This document shows positions 1 to 12,100 of a stretch of DNA of 64,000 nucleotides, piece by piece (position 1 is the first letter of the stretch; each line of letters starts with the position of its first letter). The DNA is from Acanthaster planci. Taxonomy: Eukaryota. Location: contig NW_019091357.1 of NCBI RefSeq assembly GCF_001949145.1, forward strand, positions 124,001-188,000, written 5' to 3'. The position numbers and the translations under genes were made by a program. The notes beneath the pieces were generated by a model. It was not told the DNA's origin, did not search any database, and saw only the letters and a program-made list of their open reading frames with translations.

Positions 1-176
1 TATGGGACCTGGTGACTATACGGTCCCACAAGTTACTTCCTAACAAAATAAAGGATTGTGATACTTGCCCTAAAATGGTTTCTCCCATACCCCAAGACTA
101 TTCAAATGCAAGCAGTTAAAGAGTGGTGTTGTACGAGAGCCTGACACAAATCCAAAGAAAAGAAATGAGAACATAC

Positions 177-824
177 CTCTGTGACTCCTAAGATAAGTTC
201 ATGATCAGGATGTGGTTCTTCCGCTTCCTCCTCGGGTTCTGCTTCTTCTGATTTCATCTCCTCACACGTCCAGAATTCTGCCTGATCTTTGATAAGTGGA
301 ACTGATGCCTTTCTTTGTCCCATCAGATGGGCATCTTCAGTAGGTGAAGGGCAAGCATTTGGAAGACTGACTTCAAAGTTAGCAGATTTTGCAGCTGGCT
401 TTGCTGATGTTTTAGAGTTCAAGTGAGTATGCGGTAGGTGTTTATTTGGATGTGGACGTGTCGCCGTTTTGAAAGCTGGTTCTGTGGGTTTATGCAGTCT
501 TCTGGTTGTGGATTTGGGATTCTTAGGTTTAGACTTAGTCCGAGAGGGTGTGATGTGGGATGGAGCTTGAGGTGGGTTAAGAGTGGCTACGCCATGGTTG
601 TAACTTCCAATACCTGGTGGTTGGTTTGGATACAGTGTCATGTGATCCATGGTGATCTTATCCTGTCGAGATTGTAGAGAATCCTCATTGGATGGTGATG
701 TTTGATTGTGGTATCCATTGTAGAAACTACTGTAAGTATCATTCTTTTTTGGATGGGACTGGTTGGTGTTTGTGGGACCTCCACTGATGTAACCACTACC
801 TTCCAATGAAGGGCTGCATCCCAT
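177..824 (-). CDS. First coding exon of an unidentified gene that continues beyond the left edge; N-terminal MGCSPS, low-complexity S/T/P/N-rich region, then an acidic tract
   Basis: Long ORF from ATG 824. Acceptor TTTCCTTTAG| gives an exon start at 868. Donor GAG|GTATGT at 177/176 (phase 0), so the ORF-track tail after ...LGVTE is probably intronic. Probable non-coding first exon ending at AG|GTGAGC near 1257 within a CpG-rich patch. No recognisable domain. Confidence 0.65.
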
Positions 825-2780
825 GTTTACTTGTTCTTGTATTCAATGGATCCTGATATCAGCTAGGCCTAAAGGAAACCTTGGGGGAAATGAAAATGAC
901 ACATTGAAATGGATTAAGCTAAAATTATCACTGTGATCCACAGGGCATGTCTAATTAGCAAGGGGCAATGATGCCTCACCCTTAGACCATGGAGGAAGGA
1001 GGGGCTCCATGCTTAAACTTAGAGCAGCGTCAAAGGATTTTTGCGTCAACTTAAATGAACAAAACATCAAACAACTTGTCACTATAATTGGCGTGTAACA
1101 TCATCAAGCACAGTGTGGTGTATTCCTCCGTCCAGTTAGCCCACCAATTAAGTCGGCCTGTCGACAGTCGAACTTCTGATGACTAAAGTAAAGGCAAGCC
1201 TTCAACTAAGTCGTGCAAACGTCCTGCAGCCTGTGCAGGAGCTCACAACTGCTCACCTATTGAAGATTCGGGAAACTCTTGACACAGGTGCTTCTTCATT
1301 TTCCTTAAGACGCCAGTGGCGATGATATTCAACGCTCTGCTTTCACTTTCATCTTAATCGTGTTCATTTGGATAAAAAAGTGTAGGCCTAGACCAGAATT
1401 TGGCCAATCGACCAACAGCGTCGATCGGTACCGTACCGTGCACTATGCATGGAGTGCAGTGTGTACGTTACGTTACCGCATGGCTGTTGGTGAATCAATT
1501 TTTAGCAACTTAAGTAGAACGTCTGACCAATAACAAAGGGCTTGTGTGGTTTCCTCATTTATCATCGACTGTCACCTTTTGTCATCTCTTAGCTACGGAG
1601 AAATGTTGATAACTACCTAACTCGCAAAAAAACACTGGCATATCCTTGCCAGCCCGTGATGGGTATTTGTTACATGTAAATGAGTTCCCTCATAGAAATA
1701 TGGAATGATCACTATCGTTTCCAAGCAAGAATCACTTGTACATATTTTAGGACACTTGTGATTTACTGGTGAAGTTTATTATTACACTCTTCGGAAAATG
1801 AGGCAATTTTGCGGAACAGTATAATCATGGTATAATGTTTGCCTACCCCCACCACACCCGCCCCTCCCTGCCAACAAGAAGCTTCTACGTCCTTCACCAA
1901 TTTATCCAACTCACAAGCATCACAGACTCCGCACACTGGTTTAAAAAGTAAATACACAAATTTCAATTCTACGGAAACTGAAAATCTCAGTCTTTTCTTT
2001 ATTGGCAACAAATAAATACAACTGTTGTGCCATAAACGTACATGTACAGTACCTCAATTTCCATACGCATAAAAGACAACAAATAAATCTCATAAAAAAG
2101 CATAAATCTGCAAAAACAGTTTAACTGCGGGGAAAGTAAACAAATAAAAATCAATGTTTAAGAGCCATATACCTTATTATGACACATTCAAATTTAAGGA
2201 GTTTTTAAACTTTTGCTTATCTAAAGTGAAAAAAAGAATTGACATGAATTACCATCAAAATTTCAACTTTTTTTCTCTTTGATAACAAAAGCTCTTTAAA
2301 TATACACAAAACATAAACATCTGTTTGATCAACCTTTATTCTCCACACAAGGCATGCCCCTTAGAAACCAATTACATGTACTATCCTGTCTGTAATTCCT
2401 ATTGAATTCGTTCAGTATCAGCAAATAATTGACAAATTTTTCCTGAAACCATCTGAAACTTTTCGAGAAAATTAATTACTTCACAAAAAGTTGCTCATTT
2501 CCAATCCCCAATCTTCATTTGAGTTTAGAATCAACCATTTTTGTGCAGAAGAGATTAAGCTCAAGTAGAAAGACAACATCTGAATTACGCTCATATACAC
2601 ACAGATCAACATCCTATTACATGTATTTCAAAACTCAGAGTCAAATGTGTCACAACATCTGAACTTGGAGAGTGCATCTGCTCAGACTCCATGGAACATA
2701 AGAACACCTCTAAATACTGCTAATTATGTTTGCAAGAGTGATGGCCAACACTGCAAAGCGATCCGGAAGATGTCCACCTT

Positions 2781-4382
2781 TTACAGCGTGTAAATTGTCA
2801 CTGTTAAATCTGTCCTTCCAAGTGTGTCCCTGATCACTGTAGTAACTCTATCCCACTTCAAACCATCAAGTCCACAGCCAATCCTTGGCATGGATACATT
2901 GTGAACATTATTCCTGATGCAGTGATCAGCCATTGCTCTCAGGCTTCTTGCTAAGCTGTCATATGTGGGCTTGTTCCAATATTTCTCTTTGGTTACCTGC
3001 ATTTGAAAATTAAAATAGACAACAATCTTTCAAGAATTCTTTCATATTATTCTCCTTTTAGTTTTACACATTCCTCAAGAGTTTTCCTCATTGCTCTTAA
3101 GTGATAAATGTACACTTTGTTTTTATTTAAAATGATTCTAGTTCTCAGCTTCTCGGCATTTATGGAAATCTGATTCCCTCACCAGATAATAAATGAAACG
3201 GTTTCCTCGTTTCAACACAGCAACTCCTCCTGGCTTCACACCTGGCAATCAGAGGGAGAAAAGGTAAAATAAGGTTACAGAGGTAAAGAAATAACAGAAA
3301 CTTTAACCAGGCACAGTCACACATTACTTCAATTTCAAGTTACATGTAATTTCAAAGGTGTACTGGGGTTACACTTACAGATAATGTCAGGTTACATGTA
3401 TGTCATAACCTGTTATTCCATAACCTTTGATTGGATACTGCCCAAATTGAAACTAAATATCAATCCTTGCAGATTTCAAGACGCGTCCGAGATGGTTCTC
3501 CCATAAGTAATACTAACAAACTTGGATGCAAAGATGCTGATGTCAAACTTGGTCACTGATCAATTAATTACCCTGATTCAAGAGTTCCCTCACTCCTCCA
3601 AACTTCTCTTTGAAGATCTTGGCAATACCCTTGCCCATTCTAACATCTTCACTGATGCAGTGTGCGAGACACTCATCATCGGAACATCCAAACAAATCTC
3701 CTCTCATCTCCTTCATCTGGAAACCCTACAAGGTTATATCACGATACAAGGTGTGTTGACTTGATTTTACTAATATTTCAATTATCTTTAAGTACGACCA
3801 GTATTTTACCACAAGGGGTATATTCTGGAGGCTAGCTTAAAGTACTCATCAGACCTAACTTGGTAAAACAACTTCACAATTTACAGGTCAATTTCTCACG
3901 CACCTTAAGGAGTTCCATATACGGACAACCCTTATTTTCCCTTAAAATGTTATAGCGGCTGTCGGAGTGAAAACATCCCAAAAAGTGAAATTTAGAAGAG
4001 AAAACTCTGAAGCGTTTACTTAGAAAATACTTAGGTTTCTGCAAACAAGTCTCACAGGTTTATGCACAGGGGCATCAAGTGTTGTACAAGTACATATAGG
4101 CTATGGAACTCTTTCCTGACCCCATCTCAATGTGATTCACCCAACCTCATACATGTATTTATGCATTAAAAAATTATAAAGTCTTTGTGGTTAACAAACC
4201 CTTGTTGCTGATGCAGCCCCACCACCAGCCCCTTCCCTTCCTTCAGTCTCATCTGATTTTTCATCATCTTTGCGGGTATCCTGTCTTGCCTTCTTGACAG
4301 TTTCTTGTCTTCCTCCATCCTCAGACAGATTTTCTGATTTCATTTCTTTGGGTCGTTTGGTAATGGTAACGTAGCGGTCCAT
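2781..4382 (-). CDS. OARD1: ADP-ribose glycohydrolase OARD1/TARG1 (macrodomain), about 203 aa, 4 coding exons
   Basis: Exons 4382-4200, 3725-3572, 3241-3183, 2996-2781; GT-AG introns with consistent phases (612 nt). Translation includes GDLF..CLAHCISEDVRMGKGIAKIFKEKFGGV, VAVLKRGNRFIYYLVTK and SMPRIGCGLDGLKW, the TARG1 motifs as I recall them. The start codon is the least certain part. Confidence 0.9.
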
Positions 4383-5635
4383 GCTTTGAAAACATTCAAA
4401 CGAAAACACCTGCTTTGTGGAGATGGACGATTTACTATTCTTGAGAGATGTGTTGCTTTATAAAGATTTCTCACGTTCTGCATGAAGAGGAACACAAGTG
4501 CATGTACATACAGCACTAGCGCAGTGGTAATAAATGTTAGGCTAGTTTTAGTCATTAGTAACCATTTTGTTCATCACATGCACACAGCACTTCATGTCGT
4601 AAGTCCACGAAGCTGAGCCGGAATTAGATCACCGGCGTTTACACATGCCAGCACGCATGCTTGGGTATCATGAATTTACGGTGTACAAATGAATATGTAG
4701 TATGCGTGTAGCACAGGAACACGACTACTGCAACACGCCTTATACAGCCATTATACACAAACACGCACCAGCCTATCACGAATTCTTAGACTATTCCATT
4801 ATGAAAAGGGTAACTCATGTGCTTTGGCCTTGGCAAAAGAACAAAACTGTATGTGGATAATGATACTAGGCACTTTTTGAATAAAATGTTTCCAACCGAA
4901 GCCAAATGTATCGGTTGAATACATTCTACAATATGTTTATTGATTATTTCTTCAACCAAAATCATTACATCATTATGACTGGAATTAAGGAAAGGGCATT
5001 CCAATAAAGAAATTCACATATTTAAGGTAAAATACAAAATACTGCCCTGTTACGTCAAGCTAAAAGACAAACTTCTTTTATACCTGGGACTTCTGTCAGA
5101 TCAGTAAACCAACTTTTGCTCCTGATGATGAAACAGTTTCAGCAGATTGACTGACATATACAGATCTGTAGTGAAGTCTTTACAGCGAGTCAATATTCAG
5201 TAACCAGAACTTAGACATGCATCAAGATATTTGAAGTCAAATGTTGACATCTGGTATCCCTTTTTGGAAATATCTTTATCACAATGGAAACCCCACTGGC
5301 ATTATGGTTGGGCAGTCCAACCATAATGCACATTCTAATGCAGCGAATGAACGCTTAACGTTTCAATATAATCAGAAAGAATCGTCCTAAAATGTTCCAG
5401 AAGATCTAATCATCACTAAAATTAGCAAAGCTGGCATGTATCTCATCTGAACACAATAAATCCTACATGGCTAATAAAAGAACTGAAAATAGATGCAGAT
5501 TGTTTCCACTGAATAATACCCTACAGACTTCAGGCCTGTGGAGGATTTTTTAAAAATGGCAAAATGCATCCCAGTCCTCATTATGAGACGACGCACTTCC
5601 AGGTATGAATGTTACAATCCTTCCAGCCACACCCC

Positions 5636-8600
5636 CTAGAGCAACAATGAGGGTGTGGGTTTCTTTCCAGGCCACGCCTCCTTTGCATATTTCTTCTTCT
5701 TGGGCAGTAAGTCTCCACCCATACTGGAAATGTGTGGCTGCAGCATTGGGGCAGAGGTAGGTGCCACCTCCTGAACAGGCGGCGCCATGTCCACATCTGG
5801 CGCCAAGTTAGGCGCATGCATAAGTCCCAGAGTGGAGCTCCCCAGCATGCCCACTGGGGGCGTAGATGGTGTGGTGGGTGTGGTAGGTGAGATTGGTTCA
5901 CCACCTGCTCCGGGTAGATCAGCATAAAGAGAGGGCCCATAGTGAAGACCCTGCAATCTGCGCACCACATCATTAGCTGCACTGATACTAGCCGATTCCT
6001 CAGATCTTCGCTTCTGTAAAGACAAATTGCAAAAAAGAATTATGCACTCCTCCAAATTCTCTGCGAACCTTTGAACTTCTTACCCTAGTTAAAAGAATGC
6101 AAGCAATGCCTTAAAGACTGACCACCGATCATTGATGAACAACCATAATTACCAGACTGACTGACTTTTCACCTAAAAACAGAGTTTGAAAAAAAATTGT
6201 AAGCCCCAGCAATTATGAAATTCCAGGTAGTCTAAGATCCACATTGAACTAAAGTGAGGCAAACACATTTGACACTCAATTTTACCTTAACAGGGACAAC
6301 TGATGTCTGGACCAAGTTCCTGAATCTTCCAACCGATGGATCAATATCCTCTGTGGGAAAAAAATAATTAAGATAAGACAAAAAGCTTCAAAAACTTTGA
6401 AAAACATACTCTGACCTGATTATTTTGCCTGAAATTAAGGTACAGTATGTACGAAAAGTTGATGTAGATGTACTGTGTTATTTTAAATTTGATGAAAGCC
6501 TGAAATCAAGTTTTTGCAGGATATCTCTAATCAACAGCAAATTTGTCAATCTAGAGGAATAGTTACGAACAACAAAAGAGTTGTTGTTAAAAGTGAATTT
6601 TTTTTCTAAGTAGTTCATTCTTGACCGCAGCAGTGCCACAAACATGGCCACTGCTTACACCAAGAGTGGTAACTGACCCGGATTGATGATTTCATCATCT
6701 TCACTGAATGAGACTTTGCCGCTATTTTTTCTCTTGCGTGGTCTCTCTGCCTTGGGTGTAGCCTCCTCAAAGCCAATATTGGTCACTCTCTTGTTGTGGG
6801 CAGTGTTGAATTCTGTCAGATTCTAACAGAACAAAAATGGAGACAATTATTGATTAAATGAACAGCCCCTCATATGAAAGAAGTGGAATGATGTTCTGAT
6901 ACGTGACCAAACCTTGCTTGTGGTGCAATCACAGTCTAAATATTGATAGGAGGCAGTGATATGCTTGCCCTGTCAAAGCAAAAGTGCAACTTTTCATCAC
7001 TGAGTAGCTTCAATACACTACAGAAACAAACCATTGACACGAACAAGACCAACAGTACAAAAGCAGACAGACACAATCATTGCTACAAACAAAACCAGAA
7101 ATCAAGACAACATACATCTAATTCCGTTTCCTCCTCTGGTAGTCCAAGCAGCCCACCCACTATTTCTTCTTCTTCTTGCTCCGTCTTAGAGTCCGTTGTT
7201 GATGTGGCAATCACAGAGGTAACTGTCTGTGGTTTTTCCCGCAGCACATAGGATCGTGTCGATGCACCAAAGCGTATCGTGCTGTCCAATGGAATCTGTT
7301 GGGGTTTATGGCCTTCCAGACGAATGGAGCCTAGAAATGTGCCATGAGCTGGCAAAAGTGTACAAAAAGAGACTTCACAAAGCAGCTGTCTTATGAATTC
7401 TGTGCACATCACTCAAATTATTTAAATAATGTGTCATAGATGAAAAAAGTTGCTTTCCAACTTACTGCTTCCCAGATCAACTAGGAAGGATCTGTTGAGA
7501 TGTTTGTGATACATCAAAGCTGCATGGACTCGGGAGCAAGATGCGTGATCCAAGACAAAGTCACAAACGATGGAATTCCTTCCAAAGTAATAGACATTCT
7601 TCTCATCAATCATCATTTTCTGCAAAGAGGGAGAGAGAAAAATGGAGAATGACATGAGAAGGAGCCTTTGACTTTACTAACAAGGGTGGAAATTAAAGGT
7701 ATCTCTAATAGGGACAATCTTATCAAAACAAAGTACATTGTACTTTTGAGTGATGTCAGATGAGGGCATAACCCAGTCTAGAATCTCCACAAACTGGGCC
7801 CAAACACCTCACTGAGAAACCGTACAGTTTCATCACTGTAGCACTCACTGTAGGGCTGCATACCACTGAAGGTCATGTGACTGACCAAAAGGCCAGACTT
7901 CACAATCCCTGCTCATGCTTATAGACTAACCGCGAGGATAGCCAGGCATAGGTAGCAAACCTCTGTTCAGTGCCATGTATTCTCACATCTTGCATGTTGT
8001 TTTCATTCAAGACCTCTTGATTCTAACTGTGCCGCATCTTCAAACATCCATCAATATCCATCAATGGTCAATGTGGACTCTGTCAATGTTAACAGTTACA
8101 GTAGATGGGTACTCTTAGGTCGTTTTTATGGTTACATAAAATGACCTCTGTTAACCCTTCACCTCTCCACTGACCTCTATCATCTTGCCTTCTTTAAGAA
8201 CATCCAAGTGGAGTCCAGAAGGTGGCTTGCCAGCCCTATGCATGGAGTATATCAAAGCAGTTTATTAGTAAGTTTGAAAAGCACCAATGAGTGGAACTTG
8301 TGCTGTTAGGTTTACAAGTGGAAATGCTGTGTAAGAAAAAATACAGCAGTGTTGAAAAGAAAAACAGATCCGTCCTTAACATAAAGATGTACTCTATGGA
8401 TAAGATCAGAGGAAACCTTGTTCAGCCCTTTTTAATATTTTTAGCTCCATGGTCTAGCACAAAATTCAAACCGCCCTCTTTTGGCCTTGAGAAATAGTTC
8501 TGTAGGACTATCGTGGCCCAGGCCCCTCGGGAAATAATAATGGCAATGTGAATGATGTGTCTGTCCCCTTCATTTCTCTCTCAGTAGCAAACATCCTCTG

Positions 8601-8740
8601 GTGTTTCACCTTTGAATAAGAAATTAAATATCTACGAATACGCTGTACCATGAATTCATTGACTTACTGTCAGATTATAGTCACAAAAGGCTTTTACACT
8701 ACCATTTTACTTACCACGATGGAACATTGTAGCCCGACAT
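5636..8740 (-). CDS. PPP1R8: Nuclear inhibitor of protein phosphatase 1 (NIPP1), about 353 aa, 7 exons
   Basis: Exons 8740-8715, 8235-8175, 7619-7466, 7348-7116, 6822-6678, 6350-6286, 6013-5636 (1062 nt, phases consistent). FHA domain (WAGKPPSGLHLDV..FGRN..SRVHAAL..DLGSTHGTF), PP1-docking RVxF-type KVSF, EDIDPSVGRFRN and C-terminal KKKKYAKEAWPGKKPTPSLLL. Confidence 0.96.
7751..7911 (-). ncRNA. Candidate intronic box H/ACA sno/scaRNA in PPP1R8 intron 2
   Basis: On the host strand: a 5' hairpin (7911-7852), then a 3' hairpin with lower stem CAGTGAGG/CCTCATCTG, an internal pocket and upper stem GCCCAGTTTG/TAGACTGGGT, immediately followed by ACA (7756-7754). No canonical ANANNA H box in the hinge. 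Folded by eye only. Confidence 0.4.
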
Positions 8741-9131
8741 TTTGCATTTTGAGGCTTCGCGTGGGGCATTTCATTATTAGAGAAGGTAAAGTGAGTTTGA
8801 GGGAACGGTACATTTAAGTATTTTATTTACAGAAACATTTGAATTAACAATTTGAATCAGAAAAATATAGTAAACAGCTGTTCATAGAATTAATTAAAAG
8901 GATCTCATAAGCTTTTATATTTACTATTTCATTATAAAATGACAAGCAAAACCTAAATGGTTACATCCTCTTGACATTAGAATAGTCCATATAGTTAATA
9001 AAATCCAAGAGAGGGCGCTATTTCGATATGGTTCAGAGAAAAATAGAGCGCCAGATTGCTTGAGACGGAATTCCGAGTGTTTATTTTCTCGTTTTTGTTC
9101 AGAAATTTATTGTTTTACCCTTACTTCCACC
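8741..9131. promoter_or_regulatory. Bidirectional promoter region shared by PPP1R8 and TCEA
   Basis: Divergent ATGs at 8740 (-) and 9132 (+), 391 bp apart; AT-rich core with CpG-containing flanks. Confidence 0.8.
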
Positions 9132-12100
9132 ATGTCTTCTTGCGAGCGGGAAGTTCTTAAGATTGGCAAGCAGGTAGACAAACTGCTGAAGAGTGATACG
9201 GTAAGTTTTCTGGTCAAAATTTCATCGCGAAGTGTATTTTCTTTATAGGGGAAAGTACGTGTAGGCCTATAACATTTTCCTTACCCAGTAACGATATTCC
9301 CAACGCTGTCAGAATAGGCTTATGTTTTAATTATGTGCTCCAATATTAACACTACAGTTTGTGCAGTAATCGGTTTTATAAGTAGAGAGAAGGACGTTGA
9401 AAGGGTTAAGTATCCCGATCAAGCTTTTTATCTTGACCATTCAATCTTAAGTAAAAGGTAGACCTTGCTACTTTCCACCTTTTTGATGGCCTGTGGCATT
9501 TTAAAAGCTATTTGCGCTTGCTTAAGCAAATCTTTCACACAGTAGGCTATAATAATAGCTAACATATATGGAACTATTGTTCTTGAGTGTATTTTGTAGC
9601 GTTTAACCTGTATTATTGGCAAAAAATGAGGTTTTTCCTTTCCATCCTCACCTCTCATCCTTCAACGATCCGCACACATCTGCATTCTCTGTTGTCGCAC
9701 GTCACATGACAATAATAGGCTTAGCGTATTCACGTACGAATGTTTATGTTGCTATGGATACCAGTCCTGATAATTCCAACTACTCTCATTTAGATTATGT
9801 ATAGAGATGTCTGTTGAATCTGTGGTCAGGGAACCACACTAATTACATATCGGCTCAACCATTTTACAATAAATAAATCCCTGAATTACATGCAAAACTG
9901 ACACTTTATTAGTCTCACAATTTTACAACCGTATCTTCACAAAATGTTATCAGTCCCTGAAGTACATATTTCTCAACATTGTAATTGTGTGTAAACAGCT
10001 AGCTTGAAAACGCAGCGCGTATTATGCACCCTAACATTGCAGCCCCCCACTTCCGAAATGGTCAAGCCAATATGTGATTCTTGTGGCTCTCTGACCACAG
10101 ATTTCCCAGACGTCTCTATACATTTTTTTTGCCAATAATATAGGTTAAACGCTACAAAATACACTAAACGTGACCAAATATTAACTTCTAGACCCCTGTA
10201 CAGTAGGAGATGGGGGGTGGCATGGAACATCCAGAGTTTTTTGGGTGTAAATATCGGTCCTCCCCCTGCAAAACCTTATAATGCTCTGCCGATTAATTTA
10301 AAGTCCCATCTTTGCCCTCTGTAAAATGATTTTTTTTCCCAATGAACATTAATACCTTGCTTTTATTTTCTCAATTTCCTTATGTAGAAATCTATTGATG
10401 CCTTAGATCTTCTCAACAAACTGAAGGAACTTCCTATTTCACTAGAGATTTTGCAGGCAAGATTGCAACTTTTAAATATTGATTTCGCTTTAGATCCTGT
10501 AGAACATCTCTGATAATTTTGTTTTACTTGGAAAGTTGACAAATGCAACAGTAAAATTTGGCCCTTTGCTTTCGAGCTTTTGGTATGTACAGTTGTCATT
10601 TAGAAGAAAAGAAATCTCTGAGAAATCTTAAAATCATGCAGAAAAATAAACAATTTACATTTTGTGTTCTCAGTGCATTTATAAATTTACTCTCTTGTTT
10701 TGGTGTGATCTTGGTTCAACAGAAGACAAGGATTGGAATGGCTGTGAACTCTCTACGTAAACAAAGCGGCAATGAAGATGTTAATACACTAGCTAAATCT
10801 CTCATCAAGGGATGGAAAAAACTGCTACCAGCACAAGGTTGGACCTTACACTACATCATTGAGCCAATTAATTAAGTAGTTAGATATTACTTGAACCTGA
10901 CTACGATCTTTCCAATGTGATGGTCTGTAAATGTTATTGTAATATTGCCCCTATTGGTCATCTGGAAATGCAATCAGGCATAGTGAGTTCTGTTAATTGG
11001 GCAATGTCTATTCCATGAAATGCCACCATAGTATACACTATATTACTGTTCGTCAACTAAGATTTTTGTCAGATTGAGCATGACGGATGATATGAGTATA
11101 CATAATCCTTATGTAAAGAAACTGACCAACACTTGTGCGTGCGTGCATGCAATGCCTATACATGTAGATATCATGTGTTTCTTGTCAGTAACAAGTTGAA
11201 TTCTGAGCATACACCTGGTTTAGTTGCTCCTTGCTTCCCAGGACAGTAAGTTCCTATCTTCAACCAATCACCATTGATGAAAATGCTACGCCACAATATG
11301 ACATGAATATACATCATCCCCAACTGTTGCGTGTATGCAGAGAGTGCCCAGGACTCTGATGCATCATTCATACAAGTTCAAGCAATGGCTATTTCTTAAC
11401 CACTCAATGATTTTGCCTCATGTCATATGCAAAAAGTACACACACAAGTACACTGTACCAGGCAAAGTTCACCAAAGTTGTTGAAGTCACAGCCACATGT
11501 AATACAGTCTTCAAGCTTTTTTTTTTTTTTTTTTTTTTTTACTTGCCTGAAAGAAGAAATTACTTGTCCCGGGCAATCTGACAACCGTTAATATCGAGGC
11601 CATGGATGTTGGTTTTCCTTCCACCACTATTCTGTGGTTGGCCACTGCAGATTAACAGCTGCACATTTTGAATTAGAATGGTTCCTCATAGGGAAATCCT
11701 TTTAGAGGGGGGAGGGGACCAGGAAAAAGAGTACTTTTACTCTTGTGAAAATGATGACAAAAATTGATGACCCCTTACATACACGGTTCCATAAATAAGG
11801 GAAGTCTTACTGTTAGATTCTGAAGGATTCATTTTGGTCAAAATTAAATGAAAGGTTGAGTGAAAATTGCGATTGATTGCAATTTAGAGTTGTCTCTACT
11901 GATGTAGACTTTCAGATCTTTTGAATTTTTTAAACCATTTTCAATACTTTTTTATCACAGCTCCTACCAAAACTAATAGTTCCCAGGAGAAGAAGAAAGA
12001 CAGTGGAGAGGATTCTCGTGAGCCATCACCTCCCCTGCCTAATGGAAGCGGTGATGGCAAATCCAGCGGATCCGAGAAGAGCAAGAGCTTACCTACAGCC

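Noticed and set aside
5581..5982. 133-aa ORF overlapping the last PPP1R8 exon
   Set aside because: Alternative frame of a real exon; no independent support.
6889..7003. Second sno-like candidate in PPP1R8 intron 4 (GTGATGA, two hairpins, terminal ACA)
   Set aside because: No canonical D box or H box, and the 3' hairpin lacks a convincing pocket.
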